A stretch of DNA of 64,000 nucleotides, taken from the NCBI GenBank assembly GCA_041743755.1, contig JBGTMB010000152.1:13379-77378 (forward strand). Direction: 5' to 3'. Below are positions 18,749 through 28,221 of the stretch, one piece after another. A program made the position numbers and the translations under genes. The notes under the pieces were generated by a model. The model was not told where the DNA came from. It saw only the letters and a program-made list of their open reading frames with translations, and ran no database searches. Each line of letters starts with the position of its first letter. Positions within the stretch are counted from its first letter, which is position 1. This DNA comes from Nitrospiraceae bacterium. Its GTDB lineage: Bacteria; Nitrospirota; Nitrospiria; Nitrospirales; Nitrospiraceae.

Positions 18749-20887
18749 TCAGCGATATTCGTACCGATAGACACCGTAATCCGATGCGACCTCGGATTTC
18801 ACGTTTGTCAAGACAATGCCCATCACATTGGCCTGCGCATGGTCCAGGAGGAATTTTGCGCGCTTGAGAGCATTCCGACCGATCCGTCCGACTTGGTAGA
18901 CCAAAATCGTCCCGTCGACACGTGAGCTGAACGCCACCGCATCTGTAACCGGGAGAATGGGAGGAGTATCAAAGAGGACGAGATCGTATTCCTCGTTCAT
19001 CTCATTCACGAACGCCTTGATCTTATTCATGTTGAGGAACTCGTTCGGATTACCGATCTCTGATCCGCTGGTCAAGATATGCAGGTTGTCCAATCCCGGC
19101 GTGCTCATCACTCGATCTACCCCCATGGGCCCGAGCATTAAATCCGTCGTAGACCGTACGTGGCTGCGCCACGACGTACTGCCCACCAAGGCATCGGCCA
19201 GACCGGGAGCTCGCTCGAGGCCTAGCCGCTGATGCACAATCGGCCGTCGAAGGTCTGCGTCGACGAGCAAGACTCGTTGTCCTTCCTGAGCGAGCGTAAT
19301 CGCCAAATTGGTGACGCAGGTGCTCTTGCCTTCTCCAAGTCCCGCGCTGGTAAAGAGGATCGATTTGACCTTCTTGTCCATACTGGCGAATTGAATGTTC
19401 GTCCGTAACGACCGCAGACTTTCTGACAGGACAGACTTCGGATCGATCAGGCAAATGAGTTTTGAAAAATTTTCCACAGTCGATGCAGAGGCATCGGCTG
19501 GAAGAGCCGCGCGGGCGGCAGCCTCCATTTCCTTACCGTCGAACTGCGGAATGACACCAAGGACCGGCACCTTCAGAAACTCTTCGACCCCTTCGATGGT
19601 GCCGATCGATGTATCGAACGATTCGCGCGCAAAGGCGATGACGATTCCGAGAAAGACCCCCATGAGAGAGCCCACCATGAGATTCAGCGCCGTATTGGGT
19701 GCATTGATCGGATCCCTGGGCATGATCGCCGGCGCAATAATCGTCACTTCTTCAATCCGTTCCGCACTTTTGATCTGCAGTTCTTGAAGTTTTCCCTTGA
19801 GTGTCGCTAATAAATCCGCGTTGATTTTCACATCGCGCTCAAGGCGGCTCATCTGTATCGCCGCTCGCGGGAACTGAAAATACCGATCCCGATAGCGATT
19901 GCGCTGATCCATGAGAGCGGCTTCCCGATCTTGCATGGTTTTGAGCTTCGCTCGGAGCTCTAGAATCATCTCGGCTCTGACGTTATCGATCTTATTCTGC
20001 TGCTCACGGACTTGTGGATGATCCGTCGTATAGTTGATCAGAAGGGTGTTCCGTTCCTGAATGAGATCAAGGAGGCGCTGATTCAAGACCGTCAGCAGCG
20101 CATACGGCTCCTCGGTGAAGATCCGGCCAGGTTGATCTCCGACCACCGCATCGCTTCGGCTCAGCACTAAGATCTGCCGTTCTCCCTCTGCTCGCTTTCG
20201 CACCACCTCGTTGTACTGGTCTTCCAATCTGGTGAATGTCTCCAGAGCAGCGCGGGCCTCATCCGTCAAAAAGACCTGCCCCTCACGCTCCCGAAACACC
20301 CTCAACGCATCTTCAGCAGCATTCAACTGCTTCTCGAGCTCAGCCAGCTGTTCCTCAACAAACCGTCTTGATTCCATGACGAGACGGTTCCGAGTCATGA
20401 TGTTTTCCAGCCGATAGGCAGCGGCGACTGAATTGGCTGTCTTCTCTGCCGTCTCCGGTTGATCCGAGGTCGCTGTGATACGAATGATATTCGTATCACC
20501 TTCGCGCTGCGTCTTGATTTCCTGACCGAGGTTATACACGGTGTTGAGATACGTGGCCAATCGCTTCTCTTCCGGCGTTACATTTTCAGGGACTCGGCCT
20601 AACTCTATCGCCACACGCTCCATCACAGGGAACCCACGAATAAATTCGGTCTGCGAGTTGAGGTCGTTGGCGTTTGAAAAAGACATGGTCTCAATCAACT
20701 GTTGGGCCACAGTGTTCGTTCGGTCGAACTTCACCCGCGCAGACGCTTCATACAGCGGACTCGGCTTGAATATTTCTGAAAACAGGAACGTGAACAACAG
20801 GACGAGCCCTGTCGCGAGCAAAATAAGATACTTCCGTTTCTTAACGATCAACCAATAGTCGATAACGTTGAGTTCGTATTGGGCCAT
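18749..20887 (-). CDS. Polysaccharide co-polymerase (GumC/Wzz-like) fused to BY-type tyrosine autokinase
   Basis: 712 aa. It has an N-terminal TM plus a long coiled-coil periplasmic region. The C-terminal P-loop domain carries Walker A TSAGLGEGKST, Walker A' LLVDADLRRP and Walker B LVLFDTPP. The tail YGVYRYEYR is Tyr-containing. Confidence 0.85.
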   Translation of the reverse strand: MAQYELNVIDYWLIVKKRKYLILLATGLVLLFTFLFSEIFKPSPLYEASARVKFDRTNTVAQQLIETMSFSNANDLNSQTEFIRGFPVMERVAIELGRVPENVTPEEKRLATYLNTVYNLGQEIKTQREGDTNIIRITATSDQPETAEKTANSVAAAYRLENIMTRNRLVMESRRFVEEQLAELEKQLNAAEDALRVFREREGQVFLTDEARAALETFTRLEDQYNEVVRKRAEGERQILVLSRSDAVVGDQPGRIFTEEPYALLTVLNQRLLDLIQERNTLLINYTTDHPQVREQQNKIDNVRAEMILELRAKLKTMQDREAALMDQRNRYRDRYFQFPRAAIQMSRLERDVKINADLLATLKGKLQELQIKSAERIEEVTIIAPAIMPRDPINAPNTALNLMVGSLMGVFLGIVIAFARESFDTSIGTIEGVEEFLKVPVLGVIPQFDGKEMEAAARAALPADASASTVENFSKLICLIDPKSVLSESLRSLRTNIQFASMDKKVKSILFTSAGLGEGKSTCVTNLAITLAQEGQRVLLVDADLRRPIVHQRLGLERAPGLADALVGSTSWRSHVRSTTDLMLGPMGVDRVMSTPGLDNLHILTSGSEIGNPNEFLNMNKIKAFVNEMNEEYDLVLFDTPPILPVTDAVAFSSRVDGTILVYQVGRIGRNALKRAKFLLDHAQANVMGIVLTNVKSEVASDYGVYRYEYR

Positions 20888-20928
20888 ATAGGGTCAGCGT
20901 CCTTCTCTCGTTTCGATTCCGACGAGCA

Positions 20929-21714
20929 TTACTTCAGCAATGCGGGAAGAATAAACGCCGGGTAGAGCGGTACGATCGCGGTCGAAATAATCGGCATAAT
21001 TTTCTTGGAAGCTTCGGCAGCATCGCCCAAATGTTCGCGCGGCACAAAGACGATGTCGTTTTCCTCCAACGATATGTTCCTGCTTAAATCGCCATAAGTA
21101 AATGCGCGTGCGAGATCGGCCATCAATATATGCGGTTTTGCGAGGTCGCCTCCTCGAATCACCCGAACTTCCTCCATCAATGCTGTTTCCTGATACATAT
21201 CGGCTGCGGTTAGCGCTTGCAGCACGGTCATATGCCTCGGCATGGGTACCATCCCCGGCTTCTTCACATCCCCGAATACAAAGACTCGTTTGACCTTCAA
21301 GACTTTTTTCTTCAGCAGGACCTGCACACGCGGTTTGCGCATATACGGTATGGCCGCTTCCTCAACACGGGATTCTGCTACCGCGGCGGTGACACCACCG
21401 ACATCCACCTCCATAAATCCGATAGATACCCTTCCATTCTCCCGAACGACACTGGAAAACTTCTCGTCGCCTGCACCGCGGCGAATCACCACCTCGAGTG
21501 TGTCCCCCGATTCGATGGGCGTTTCCGAAGTCGGAACGGTTTCATCGGCATAGACGTCGCCCTTCAGCAAAGGTGGGACCACTGTTCCAGAGTGACTGAT
21601 GGCTGATGGCGGCAAAGACGAGTTGGCCGGATTGTGGCATCCCAAAAGCGGTCCGCAAAGAACCACACCCGTACCCAGAAGACCGATGAAGAGTCGTGGT
21701 ATTAGCTGTCGCAC
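20929..21714 (-). CDS. Polysaccharide export protein (Wza-like, Poly_export + SLBB)
   Basis: 261 aa. It has an N-terminal signal/lipobox-like LLGC, and GDTLEVVI...V...G.V...G (Poly_export-like). It sits next to the BY-kinase gene. Confidence 0.8.
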   Translation of the reverse strand: MRQLIPRLFIGLLGTGVVLCGPLLGCHNPANSSLPPSAISHSGTVVPPLLKGDVYADETVPTSETPIESGDTLEVVIRRGAGDEKFSSVVRENGRVSIGFMEVDVGGVTAAVAESRVEEAAIPYMRKPRVQVLLKKKVLKVKRVFVFGDVKKPGMVPMPRHMTVLQALTAADMYQETALMEEVRVIRGGDLAKPHILMADLARAFTYGDLSRNISLEENDIVFVPREHLGDAAEASKKIMPIISTAIVPLYPAFILPALLK

Positions 21715-21753
21715 AGCCTCATCTCCTAAAGTTTTACTGCGCTCAACCGATAG

Positions 21754-22746
21754 TCAACCGATGGGCACCACTTCTACAATGTGTAGGGATGTCTCAGTCC
21801 GCAAATCCACCGTCTTCGACACCGGTGCATGACCCGATTGCAAGAGTCGCAAGATTGGACGCAGCGGGTACTGCCGATTCAACTGAGACACAACTCCGGT
21901 TTCGCCGGTGTTCAGACGAACAGTCGTGCCTAACGGATAGATCGAGAGTTGTTCAACCAATGCTTTTAGAAGATGATGCGGAAACACCGGCTTGCCGCTT
22001 ACAAGCAATGTGCGAATCGCCTGATGGGGTGACCTGCCACGTCGATAGGGCCGTGAATTCATCAGGGCATCAAACACATCGGCCAGTCCGATGATAAGAG
22101 CCATCTCATCGATATGATCCCCAGTTAACCTTCCAGGATACCCGCTCCCATCCATTCGTTCATGTTCTTGGAGAATCACCCTCCCCACCCATGAATAGGA
22201 TGCTCCAACTTCCTCAACCAGGCGGGATCCATGCTGTGGATGCTCCCGCATAATCCGAACTTCCTCTTCTGTTAACGCGGAAGCCGCGTACAGCAGAGAG
22301 TCCGGCAGGACAAACATGCCGAGATCGTGCAGCAATCCCGCTAACGCAATTTGTTCAAGCTTTTCAGGCTCATATCTGAGCGCCTCTCCAATCTTCACAC
22401 TGACGATCGCAACATTCACCGCATTGGTGACAAGAAAGTCTCCCACATCGCGCTGGAGAACCCTCTCAAGCAGTTGATCATTGGTTCGAAGAGACGTGAC
22501 AATACCGGCTGCAAGGCTTACTACGTCATCGATCACCCACGGCTGCCTGGTCTGAACCACTTGCTTGATTCCTTGAATGACATGGCCTGCACGTTGATAC
22601 CAATCATTCTCAGTGACAGACTGTGGACGTGTGGGAGTTGGATGGGAAAGCCCTGCCGGCCTCATGGAGAGAGCATGGTTTTTCGCATCAGGATTAGCGG
22701 ATTCGTGGCTCGACTGTCCCTGAATAAGATCGGTTAACCGTGTCAC
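21754..22746 (-). CDS. HD-GYP domain phosphodiesterase (putative c-di-GMP hydrolase)
   Basis: 330 aa with LAGLLHDLGM (the HD motif) and HERMDGSGYPGRL (the GYP signature). Confidence 0.85.
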   Translation of the reverse strand: MTRLTDLIQGQSSHESANPDAKNHALSMRPAGLSHPTPTRPQSVTENDWYQRAGHVIQGIKQVVQTRQPWVIDDVVSLAAGIVTSLRTNDQLLERVLQRDVGDFLVTNAVNVAIVSVKIGEALRYEPEKLEQIALAGLLHDLGMFVLPDSLLYAASALTEEEVRIMREHPQHGSRLVEEVGASYSWVGRVILQEHERMDGSGYPGRLTGDHIDEMALIIGLADVFDALMNSRPYRRGRSPHQAIRTLLVSGKPVFPHHLLKALVEQLSIYPLGTTVRLNTGETGVVSQLNRQYPLRPILRLLQSGHAPVSKTVDLRTETSLHIVEVVPIG

Positions 22747-22790
22747 AGCTCCTCAAGCCTTTCTGTACATGATCGGGCTCTTACAACCTG

Positions 22791-22976
22791 CTACCGACTA
22801 CTGACACGCTTCGCGCTTGGAACAGAGGGCGCAGGGTTCTCCTCCATTTTGGCAAACTCCCGTTCCAACATAGCCCTGATGAAACCGCTAGTTGTGTATC
22901 CTTGCTGTTTCAGATTATCGAGTTGGGTTTTGAGGTTCACCGGTAACTGAATCACGATCCGTACGAGATGTGGCAT
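22791..22976 (-). CDS. Ribbon-helix-helix (CopG/Arc-like) small DNA-binding protein
   Basis: 61 aa. The N-terminal beta-strand-like VRIVIQLPVNLKTQL is followed by the helices GYTTSGFIRAMLEREF, an RHH pattern. It lies 44 nt upstream of the HD-GYP gene. Confidence 0.6.
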   Translation of the reverse strand: MPHLVRIVIQLPVNLKTQLDNLKQQGYTTSGFIRAMLEREFAKMEENPAPSVPSAKRVSSR

Positions 22977-23023
22977 ATCATGTGTTTCCTAAGAATTTGT
23001 CTGGTACATGCTAAGGCAAGTAT

Positions 23024-23046
23024 AGGCATATGCACATGCTATGCCT
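23024..23046. promoter_or_regulatory. Inverted repeat AGGCATA-N9-TATGCCT, flanked by direct repeats ACATGCTA; candidate operator upstream of the RHH gene
   Basis: Read directly: aggcata tgcacatgc tatgcct at 23024-23046. ACATGCTA recurs at about 23006 and about 23033. The region is AT-rich and lies about 50-70 nt upstream of the RHH start at 22976. Confidence 0.3.
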
Positions 23047-23238
23047 TGATGTCAGATGATGAAAACTGAGTAAACTTGGAGACTTATGCTATCGGGGCTT
23101 CACTACTGGGAGGGAGATTGACGAATTTCGACTTGCAGACACTTGAAATGTGCACTCGCTCATGTTCCTGTATTCTGCACCTAAGTAACAGCGGTAGCGG
23201 GTAAACACGCTGGCCTGCATGATCCTGCGAAACAGCAA

Positions 23239-25788
23239 TTAATGGCCGTCACGCCACTGTTGCCATATCCGGATCCAGTTTGCCTTCTCACAAGGCAACA
23301 GGCACGAGACACTGTTGGTTGGCTGAAGCACCAAGTCACTCGCTCGATGCACGTGAAGTGTGTCACCGGATGCTCTTCCGGTAAACCAAACCCCTCCGTC
23401 TTGATCGGTCCGTAACACCATACTGCCCTCCGACTTATATGCATCCAGAACAGCATCGGCGGGGTGCCTGTAGGAATTATGGCGCCCTGCCGAAAATACG
23501 GCATACTGAGGATGTAGTGATGCCACCCAGGTATAATTCAACGAGCTCACAGCCCCATGGTGCGGGACCTTGAGAACATCGACCGGACTGTGAAACGGTG
23601 AGCGTGACATCCGCGACAAACCAGTGTGTTCGACATCCGCGGCGAAGAGCATCGTATGATTGCCACACGTCAGACGCGTGACCACAGAACGATTGTTCAA
23701 CGCCTGCCCCCCCGCATGACTTTCGTGAGACGGCATTGTAAGGTACCCATCTATCTTTGGATTGAGGACCACCAACCGACAGGGACCGGATGATACGATC
23801 TCCTGTCCTTCACTGACAACCCCTTCTTGGAGTCCTTGACTCGCTAATGATTCCTGCAAACGTCGATAAAACAATTCCTCACGAGTCTCTCCAGATCCCC
23901 AATACTGTTTCACAACAAAATGTCGGACCACCCAGGCAAGGCCTCCGACATGATCAAGTTGAGGATGTGTGCCGATCACCTGGTCAATAGTGCGAATGCC
24001 TCGATTCCAAAGAAATGGAGCTACCACCGCTCGACCCATGTCGAATCGTTCATACGTCGCTCCCCCGTCGATCAATACCACCTGTCCATCGGGCAGCTCG
24101 ATCACCGCGCTATCGCCTTGCCCGACGTCGAGAAACGTGACGCGAAAGTCATCTCCGTCAAGAAACATCCGTGGAGACCATGCCCACCACAATAATACCA
24201 ATAGGACACCGGCACTCACTGTCCACCGGAATGCCCTACCACCCACTCGCTGCCAGAGCAGAGTGAGGCAGCCATAAAATAGGACCATGGTGAACACTGA
24301 AGGGGCCGCAACATGCCATTCCCCTCCAGAGAGCATGGATATCCAGCGGATCGCCATCACAAAGCAGTCAAGCATCCACTGATTCAATGTCGCCAGGGGC
24401 AGTATGGCTCCCCCTATCGCAATCTCCCACACGGCAGACACCAGGCCAATCGGAACGAGCAAGATTCCCATCACAGGAACGGCCACTACATTGGTGAAAA
24501 GACCGAGCCACGGCAGTTGATAGAAATAGTATGCAACAAGAGGAAGGGTCAGCAAGGTCACGACGCCGCTCATGACGATCGAGTCTCTCCCCCACCGGAT
24601 GCAAGTTCTCACATACGATGGTTTAACTGATTCGTTCAGCAATTCTTCCTGGTCAACCACCGTCTGACGAGAGAGCCATCCAGCCATTGCGATGACGGAC
24701 AAAAAGGAGAGCTGAAAGGAGATATCAAATAGCGCCTGAGGATCATGCAGCAATATCACCACTGCTGCGGCAGAGAGGGCATGAAAGAGCCGGCGCTCCT
24801 GACCAAGCCAAATCGCACTCAGCCCAACAGTTACCATCAACAACGATCGAATCGTAGCAAGTTCAGCTCCGGCCAGGCAGGCGTAGCCAGCGACCGGAAG
24901 AAGCGTGCAGAGAGCCGCTATGCGAGTCGGTGTGATTTTCCGAGACACTGCAAGAAGCCAATCGGAAGGCAACAAAATCGTTGTCCATCTGACAAGCGAG
25001 AAAATGAGCAGCGCGACGAGACCCAAGTGGCTCCCTGAAATAGAAAGGAGATGGACTGTCCCAGTCGTCATAAACTGATCACGGAGCTCCGGGTCCAAAT
25101 ATCCTCGATCACCGATGATGATACCCGTATACAATCCGAGTGCAGGCTGTGAAAGAGTCTGCACTGCAGCGAGACGAATATTGCTTCTCCACTGATCGAA
25201 TAGAGTCCAAATCGCCCACCAGGCATGCGCATACCCCGACTCAAGAAACTGCACCGCATTCGGTCCAGTCACTGTAGCGATTGCATCAATCCCTTGGCGC
25301 TCAAGATACACCCCATAACTAAATCCGCCAGGGTTCAGTGACCCGCTCGGACGTCGCACGATCGCCCGAAAGCCAACCCGATCACCTTGAAAGAATACTC
25401 GTTCAGGTGTGCGCCATGTCAGCCGTATATGCCTAGATGGTGCCGATGCAACTGGATTGTCCGACCTGATGATCATGACCAGGCGATCGGGCGCTTGTTG
25501 CACAGGCGCCACAATACGGCCAGTGACTTCGATCGTTGCATCGGAAGGATCCTCGGCTATTGGAGCATGGGCAGTCAGATTGACGACCATCAACCAATAG
25601 AGCACTCCAACTAAGAGTATTCCGTAATGCCACGTAACCTTTGGAACGGATACGCGATTGAATTGTTCCAGGGCGACCGCACCTAACCCAATAAGGAGGA
25701 GTAGGAAGGAGGTGACGAGGGGAAAGTAGGGGATCTGTGATCCGACCAAGAGCCCGGTAATGAAGGCGACGGTGAGGGACGGCAGCAT
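23239..25788 (-). CDS. comEC: DNA internalisation-related competence protein ComEC/Rec2 (with C-terminal metallo-beta-lactamase domain)
   Basis: 849 aa. It has a polytopic competence domain. The C-terminal MBL motifs are FLDVGQGDSAV, GTHPQLDHVGG and VLKVPHHGA. Confidence 0.9.
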   Translation of the reverse strand: MLPSLTVAFITGLLVGSQIPYFPLVTSFLLLLIGLGAVALEQFNRVSVPKVTWHYGILLVGVLYWLMVVNLTAHAPIAEDPSDATIEVTGRIVAPVQQAPDRLVMIIRSDNPVASAPSRHIRLTWRTPERVFFQGDRVGFRAIVRRPSGSLNPGGFSYGVYLERQGIDAIATVTGPNAVQFLESGYAHAWWAIWTLFDQWRSNIRLAAVQTLSQPALGLYTGIIIGDRGYLDPELRDQFMTTGTVHLLSISGSHLGLVALLIFSLVRWTTILLPSDWLLAVSRKITPTRIAALCTLLPVAGYACLAGAELATIRSLLMVTVGLSAIWLGQERRLFHALSAAAVVILLHDPQALFDISFQLSFLSVIAMAGWLSRQTVVDQEELLNESVKPSYVRTCIRWGRDSIVMSGVVTLLTLPLVAYYFYQLPWLGLFTNVVAVPVMGILLVPIGLVSAVWEIAIGGAILPLATLNQWMLDCFVMAIRWISMLSGGEWHVAAPSVFTMVLFYGCLTLLWQRVGGRAFRWTVSAGVLLVLLWWAWSPRMFLDGDDFRVTFLDVGQGDSAVIELPDGQVVLIDGGATYERFDMGRAVVAPFLWNRGIRTIDQVIGTHPQLDHVGGLAWVVRHFVVKQYWGSGETREELFYRRLQESLASQGLQEGVVSEGQEIVSSGPCRLVVLNPKIDGYLTMPSHESHAGGQALNNRSVVTRLTCGNHTMLFAADVEHTGLSRMSRSPFHSPVDVLKVPHHGAVSSLNYTWVASLHPQYAVFSAGRHNSYRHPADAVLDAYKSEGSMVLRTDQDGGVWFTGRASGDTLHVHRASDLVLQPTNSVSCLLPCEKANWIRIWQQWRDGH

Positions 25789-25815
25789 AAGCCTCCCTCA
25801 ATGGAGGGTGACACC

Positions 25816-27165
25816 TTAACCCAAATGAACCTTAATCACGTCTACAAGATGATTGGCTACCTCACGAATCTGATCATCACGCTCACCCTCGACCATCACT
25901 CGTAAGAGCGGTTCCGTTCCGGAATATCGCACCAACACACGCCCACTGCCGTTCAGACGCTGTTCACTTTCATGGATCGCACGTTGGAGTTCTGGAACCG
26001 TGTCGAGAATCGGTTTCTGGGCGACCTTCACATTGAGTAATACTTGTGGCACCGCCGTCATGGATTTGGCCAGCTCAGACATAGGCTGTCCTGTGCGTTT
26101 CATGAGGGACAAGACTTGCAACGCCGAAATCAACCCGTCACCGGTCGTATTATGGTCCAGGAAAATGAAATGTCCTGACTGTTCTCCCCCGAAGCTATAG
26201 CCATCGGCTGACATCCGTTCAAGTACATACCTATCACCGACGGCAGTCCGCACGAGGGCGATACCCGCTTTCGTCATGGCCAACTCCAATCCGAAGTTGC
26301 TCATGACAGTCCCCACGATCGTCTGCTTTGTGAGCTTCCCTTGGCGATGAAGATCGAGCGCCAACATCGCCATAATATGATCGCCGTCCACGATGCGGCC
26401 CTGTTCGCAGACGAAGATGGCGCGATCAGCATCCCCGTCCAGCGCTACCCCGAGTTGTGCCCCCTGCTCGAGAACTGCCTTCTGCAGCAATTGGGGATGG
26501 ACCGCGCCACAGCCGGCATTGATATTCATCCCGTCCGGTTTATTGGCGATCACTTCGACTTTTGCCCCAAGTTCACGCAACACCGTCGGCGCAACCTTGT
26601 AGGCTGCACCATTTGCGCAATCGACCACCACTTTGATCCCCTGGAAGTCCAACTCTCGCGGAAGAGACCGTTTGACAAACTCGATGTACCGCCCCTCGGC
26701 ATCGTCGATACGATAGGCTTTCCCAATGGCATCTGCGGTCGGCCTTAGATGAGCGATCTCATTTGAGACGATGAGGCCTTCGATGCGAAGCTCCAATTCA
26801 TCAGGTAATTTAAACCCATCGTTGGAAAAAAACTTGATGCCGTTATCCTGGTAGGGATTGTGCGAGGCTGAGATCATGACCCCCGCATCGGCACGAAGGC
26901 TCCTTGTCAAGAATGCAATGGCGGGCGTCGGCATAGGACCGACCAGCAACACATCAACACCCATCGAGCAAATCCCGGAGGTCAATGCTGATTCCAACAT
27001 ATAGCCGGAGATGCGGGTGTCCTTGCCGATGACAATCTGATGGCGCCCGGATCGACGCATAAACAAATGTGCTGCGGCTCGGCCCAGCTGCATCGCCATT
27101 TCGCTGGTCATTGGATCAAGGTTCGCAACCCCTCTGACCCCATCGGTACCGAACAGTTTACGCAT
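25816..27165 (-). CDS. glmM: Phosphoglucosamine mutase
   Basis: 449 aa with [12 protein letters not shown], the phosphoserine loop [10 protein letters not shown] and the Mg site DGDADR. Confidence 0.95.
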   Translation of the reverse strand: MRKLFGTDGVRGVANLDPMTSEMAMQLGRAAAHLFMRRSGRHQIVIGKDTRISGYMLESALTSGICSMGVDVLLVGPMPTPAIAFLTRSLRADAGVMISASHNPYQDNGIKFFSNDGFKLPDELELRIEGLIVSNEIAHLRPTADAIGKAYRIDDAEGRYIEFVKRSLPRELDFQGIKVVVDCANGAAYKVAPTVLRELGAKVEVIANKPDGMNINAGCGAVHPQLLQKAVLEQGAQLGVALDGDADRAIFVCEQGRIVDGDHIMAMLALDLHRQGKLTKQTIVGTVMSNFGLELAMTKAGIALVRTAVGDRYVLERMSADGYSFGGEQSGHFIFLDHNTTGDGLISALQVLSLMKRTGQPMSELAKSMTAVPQVLLNVKVAQKPILDTVPELQRAIHESEQRLNGSGRVLVRYSGTEPLLRVMVEGERDDQIREVANHLVDVIKVHLG

Positions 27166-28027
27166 GTTGTGCTTTCATGGAAATGGTCGGCTGCCGACTA
27201 ATCGCCGCGGCAACCTCCACCACATCTTTCATGGCTTTCACGTCGTGCACGCGAAGGATTCCAGCTCCTCGATCTACCGAAATTGCGACTGCGGCCGCCG
27301 TGGCCCATTGGCGTTCCTGAACCTGACGGCCTACGAGCTGACCAAGAAACGCCTTCCGTGAGACACCAACCATCACGGGACATTGAAACTGCTCGAAGCA
27401 GCATAGTTGGGCTAACAGCGTAAGATTATGTTCCAGTAGCTTACCAAATCCGATGCCTGGATCAAGAATGATTTGTCTTCGTACAATGCCATGTGCCATC
27501 GCAAAACGGATTCGTTCCTCAAAAAACTCTGAGACCTCGGCAGACACATTGTCGTAACATGGAGCCAGCTGCATGGTACGCGGGGTACCATGCATATGCA
27601 TCAAAACGATTCCAGCCCCCGTTCCGGCGATCACATCTACCATGGCAGGATCACCGCGCAACGCGGTGACGTCGTTCACAAGAACCGCCCCGGAATCAAG
27701 CGCTGCACGCGCGACCGCGGCCTTTGAGGTATCGATTGAAATGGGAACAGACACAGCCTTTGCCACCGCGGTCACGACAGGAATCGCACGACGACACTCT
27801 TCTACCTCGGTTACAACATCGGCGCCAGGGCGTGTCGATTCTGCCCCGATATCCAACAGGTCGGCCCCTTCTTCTACTAATTGAATGGCATGCGCAACAG
27901 CAGCCGCTGTATCCAAAAAACGGCCACCATCGAAGAATGAATCAGGCGTCACATTTACTACGCCCATAATCAATGGTCTACCAGGGAATTCTATCAGCCG
28001 ATCTTTTGCCTGTCGTGTCACTATCAT
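27158..28027 (-). CDS. folP: Dihydropteroate synthase
   Basis: 289 aa with [15 protein letters not shown] and [10 protein letters not shown]. It overlaps the glmM start by 8 nt. Confidence 0.95.
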   Translation of the reverse strand: MIVTRQAKDRLIEFPGRPLIMGVVNVTPDSFFDGGRFLDTAAAVAHAIQLVEEGADLLDIGAESTRPGADVVTEVEECRRAIPVVTAVAKAVSVPISIDTSKAAVARAALDSGAVLVNDVTALRGDPAMVDVIAGTGAGIVLMHMHGTPRTMQLAPCYDNVSAEVSEFFEERIRFAMAHGIVRRQIILDPGIGFGKLLEHNLTLLAQLCCFEQFQCPVMVGVSRKAFLGQLVGRQVQERQWATAAAVAISVDRGAGILRVHDVKAMKDVVEVAAAISRQPTISMKAQHA

Positions 28028-28221
28028 AGATTCTCACATCGCACAGCATGTTAAGAGACTGAAGAGACCGTCGTGTGTGCTATACCTCTGCCTAGCTGGT
28101 TGGTATAGCACACAACGCATCACGTGCGAGAAAGACTCCCTTCTCGCACGTCGTCTTTTAGATATACTGCCCCGTGATACCAATGCCCTGAAATGGCATC
28201 ACGGGAGCAGCGATACGAAAG

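Noticed and set aside
1268-21714. Assigning the locus to the PEP-CTERM/exosortase (EpsH) system because of the AsnB-like amidotransferase, GumC-like co-polymerase and Wza-like exporter.
   Set aside because: No exosortase (EpsH) gene, PEP-CTERM protein or sugar-transferase EpsB-type gene is visible in the window. The shared components are generic to many Wzx/Wzy loci.
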